Source: Callorhinchus milii (taxonomy: Eukaryota). Taken from it: a DNA stretch of 64,000 bases. The position numbers and the translations under genes were made by a program. Of this stretch, positions 60,785 through 64,000 are shown piece by piece. Positions within the stretch are counted from its first letter, which is position 1. The number at the start of each line of letters is the position of its first letter. Below the pieces are notes generated by a model, which was not told where the DNA came from, did not search any database, and saw only the letters and a list, made by a program, of their open reading frames with translations. The stretch covers positions 21,392,001 to 21,456,000 of the forward strand of contig NW_024704742.1 of NCBI RefSeq assembly GCF_018977255.1, in the 5' to 3' direction.

Positions 60785-61010
60785 ACCACAGAAATGTGCA
60801 GCACAGAAGGCCATTTGGCTCTTCATTTCTGTGCTGGCTCTTTCAAGAACAATCCTTTCAATCCCATTTACCTCCCCCTTTCCCATCACATTGTAGTTTA
60901 TTCCTTTTTAGGCATTTATCTTCTTTTGAAAGCCAAGGCGCTCTAGGCGGTGCATTCCATATCCTAACTAACCCGTGCATGAAAAAAAATTATCCTAAAA
61001 ATTAACCTCT
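60785..61010 (-). mobile_element. CR1 LINE 3' fragment
   Basis: cacagaaatgtgcagcacagaaggccatttggc...ggctctttcaagaac...gcattccatatcctaactaacccgtgcatgaaaaaaa. Confidence 0.75.
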
Positions 61011-61329
61011 CCATTTGCCTGTTTGCCAACTATCATAAATAGGGACCTATTCTGCCCTTTCCGCAGTATAGGCCCCTGTGGCAACTGAAATTTACACAGT
61101 GGTGCAAACTAACACACAGATAGAATTCCAAAACAAAATTGTTCTAAATTCTGTGAAGAATATAATGCGCAGGCGGCAGCCCAGGCCTTCGAGGTAGTGC
61201 TGAGAGCAATGAGGATGATCCACAGATGTTTTAAATGAGTTCAGTGGAATGAATTACCTGGAGCCAGTGGTTGTGTGACATCCCACACTAATTATTGCAA
61301 CTTCATTTCAACAGTTTGAGGTCAGACCC

Positions 61330-61545
61330 TGGTATTTTCACCCAGCTCTTTGGAATTCCGCCCTGGAGCCCCTCCGCCTTGCACCTTCCTCCTCACTTTT
61401 AAAGTCTACCTTGAGATCTATCTTTTCGAATGTGGTTTTGACCGCCATATCCCCCCCACCCCAAACCCGGTTGTCCAGTCAGCTGAGTGAAGTGCTCTGA
61501 GATGTCCTCCAGACGTGAAAGGCCCCATGTAAATGTAAATTGTTG
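61330..61545 (+). mobile_element. L2 LINE 3' fragment
   Basis: ctctttggaattcc...cacttttaaagtctaccttgagatctatcttttc...gtgaagtgctctgagatgtcctccagacgtgaaagg...aattgttg. Confidence 0.75.
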
Positions 61546-62499
61546 TGAGTACTTGGAGACTTCTCAGTTGCACCTTAATATTAATCTGGCTCCTTCCTTC
61601 CGCTGAAGGCTCCAGGCTGCGCTGGCTAAACTTCACACAGTACCTACTTCACCGAAGCTAAAAACAAACAGATTTTCTGAAGGAGGGAAAGATTTTTTTT
61701 AATATTACTTGGTTTCTCAGCAGTGACCTTGTTTGAGAAAGACGACTTAACTGTCTGCTCTGTGTCCTTCCCTTAATTCTTGGGTCCTGACTGTTTCCAA
61801 CCGGATTGTAGATCCTGACTGAATGCCAGGCTTGTTGTCTACTTTTTACACTCACTGATTCTAATCCTCTTTAGCAGGAGGAAGTTAATTAATCTTTTAT
61901 TGAAAGACGGTGACATTTGATCAAACTAACCCGAAGCACATTGGTTGAACGTAAATATATTTCAGGTTTTCTTTCAGGACTCTAATTAGAAGCTCGGAAT
62001 TCTTTTGATAAAAGCTAAATAACTCTTTTATTTGCCAAATTAATTGCTTTAAGTTTTTGCTCAAAGGCAGCAGACAAACTGAGGAAGTGTGTTATTAAAG
62101 TCCTAGTTTTATATCATTGGCAATATTTGGGCTAAGACACAGAATTCGTAACAGGAATCGCTCATAGCAATTTCATCCACCCTAGGCTACTGCATACAGT
62201 ACAGATTGCTGTGACTTATAGGGGCAGCCTATACCCTGGAGATACTGTAGAGGAGAATAATGAGGATGATCCCCAGTTTTGGATGAATGAACTATAAGCA
62301 ATAGATAGACAAGCTACTGTTCTTCAGGCTCGAACAGAGATGTCTCAGAAGGGAGCTTGTAAAGGTTTGTATAATTTTAAATGATTAAATAAAGTAAACC
62401 CGGGATACATCAAGACAGCCGTATCAACAAATGATCAATTCACTTCTTGTTTTTGTCTGGTTAAAGATCGAGTTGAAGTAGAAAAATCTCCGAGGAGTT

Positions 62500-63150
62500 A
62501 GATCTTATCGCCCGGCTCCGCCACTGCCTCACCCTTCAGGCCGCCAAAACCCTCATCCACACGTTCATCACATCTAAGTTCAAGTATGCCAACTCCCTGC
62601 TTGTTGGACTTCCCAACTCTTCCCTCCACAAGTTGCAGATCATCCAGAACTCTGCAGTTCATGTCCTCTCCGACTCGAGGCTCCATGACCCTATCAACCC
62701 CACCCTCGCCCAGCTCCACTGGCTCCCCATCCCCAGAGGATAGAGTTCAAAATCCTCGTCCTCACCTTCAAGGCGCTCCACTGATTTGCCCCCTCCTACC
62801 TCTGTGACCTGCTGGCCCCACATCAACCTATCTGCTCGCTCCGCTCAGCAGACTGCGCCTGCTCCATGTCACCCGCCTAGTCCATCCCACCATCAGCGGT
62901 CAGGCCTTCAGCCTCTCTGCTCCCATCCTTTGGAACTCACAACCCACATTCCCTTCACCTCGTTTCCTCCTTTGCCTTCTTCAAGGCACATCTCAAGACC
63001 ATCCTCTACAACCGTGCCTTTGGCCACCCTCCTACCCTCCCTGCCCCCCTCCCTGATCCCAACACCCCCTTCTTGGGTCCAAATCCTTGACTGTCCAGAG
63101 CCTTGTGATAGCCTCCCAACATGATAGGCACTTTACAAATGTAATTTTGG
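62500..63150 (+). mobile_element. L2 LINE 3' fragment
   Basis: Translates to KTLIHTFITS.F.YANSLLVGLPNSSLHKLQIIQNSAV...ITPTLAQLHWLPI..RIEFKIL with frameshifts. Confidence 0.88.
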
Positions 63151-64000
63151 ATTGTTCTCTGATTTGGGAGATCTGGAGAAGAATCCAGGAGGAGGGGATT
63201 TGGGACGAGGGAGGTCTGGGAAGAGGGAGGTCTGGGAAGAGAGAGATCAAGGGCTCCCAGTTGTCATTAAGCATTAGAGAAGAAAATCCCACATGGTAAA
63301 AGTGAATGAATCAAACATTCTCCACGTATCTTTAAATATATATATATGCACTTCCCCCAAATAGTGGAGACCTTTACGTGGACAAAACTCTTGCAAATGA
63401 GAGCTTTAACCAGTCACTGTCACTTCAATCTCCTCCTCCACCATCAGATCAGCTAATTATAAACTGGGCCTTGACAGCACTGGAAGATCAGTCATAACAA
63501 TGCAGGATTTCCAAAACAACATCCACTCAGCGTGACTTAAGGAATCCAAAACTGCATTGGAGAGATGTGGGGTTTCAGACACGATGAGTCAAACAGAGCC
63601 AGTGTTAATGACAACACCAAGCAATTAATCTATACAGCAATGGGAAAAGGGAGAACAGAGGAGGCCTTTCTTTTATTTGTCAAATTTACATAAACGTTTC
63701 TACTTTTTAACAAGACTTTCAAAACAGAACTAGCTTTGTTCCTATCCACAAATGTAATGTACCTTTATATAAAAAATGTTACCTCGGGAGCATGTCTCAA
63801 AGCTCTTGAATAGGATTTAGGAATATTACATTTAGAGACTGACGGCCCTTTTTTAAGAGCTAAACATGATTATAAATTAAGAATTTTCCAAGATTCTGAA
63901 TGGTCATTTGTTTTGATGTTGTCAGCTGCTGAAATTTCAGTCCCCAGATTCAGCTATGGAAAAGGGCGAGCCCATTCCCATGTACCTCTTTTTGAGCAGT

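Noticed and set aside
63208..63243. Short tandem duplications (also at about 19590 and 57688)
   Set aside because: Ordinary 16-18 bp slippage duplications.

Overview
Vertebrate (eukaryotic) genomic DNA, most likely a cartilaginous fish such as a chimaera. The host is inferred from the tRNA-derived Deu-type SINEs and the L2/CR1 retroelement complement, not from a database search. The only recognisable gene is the 5' end of a FRAS1-related extracellular matrix gene (FREM2/FREM3 family; several motifs lean FREM3) on the minus strand. It has a giant 5011-nt first coding exon (ATG at 10816, donor after 5806), a 4.4-kb intron and a 90-nt exon 2 (1405-1316) that the ORF track misses; the gene continues off the left edge. 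Its promoter/5'UTR (about 10.8-14 kb) is a CpG island made largely of simple G/C-rich repeats. The remaining ~50 kb has no recognisable protein-coding exon and is filled with young and old SINEs, L2 and CR1 LINE fragments, a pogo/Tigger-like MITE and an unclassified ~200-bp repeat. No prokaryote-type system (CRISPR, operon, defence island) is present, and I found no convincing novel multi-gene system. The most unusual signals are a near-perfect 154-bp inverted duplication at 34.5-35.0 kb, a locally templated inverted insertion at 27.9/28.7 kb, the repeat-built FREM promoter, and a readable SINE subfamily succession with a LINE-shared 3' stem-loop. Repeat boundaries are read by eye and approximate unless a TSD or splice site is quoted.
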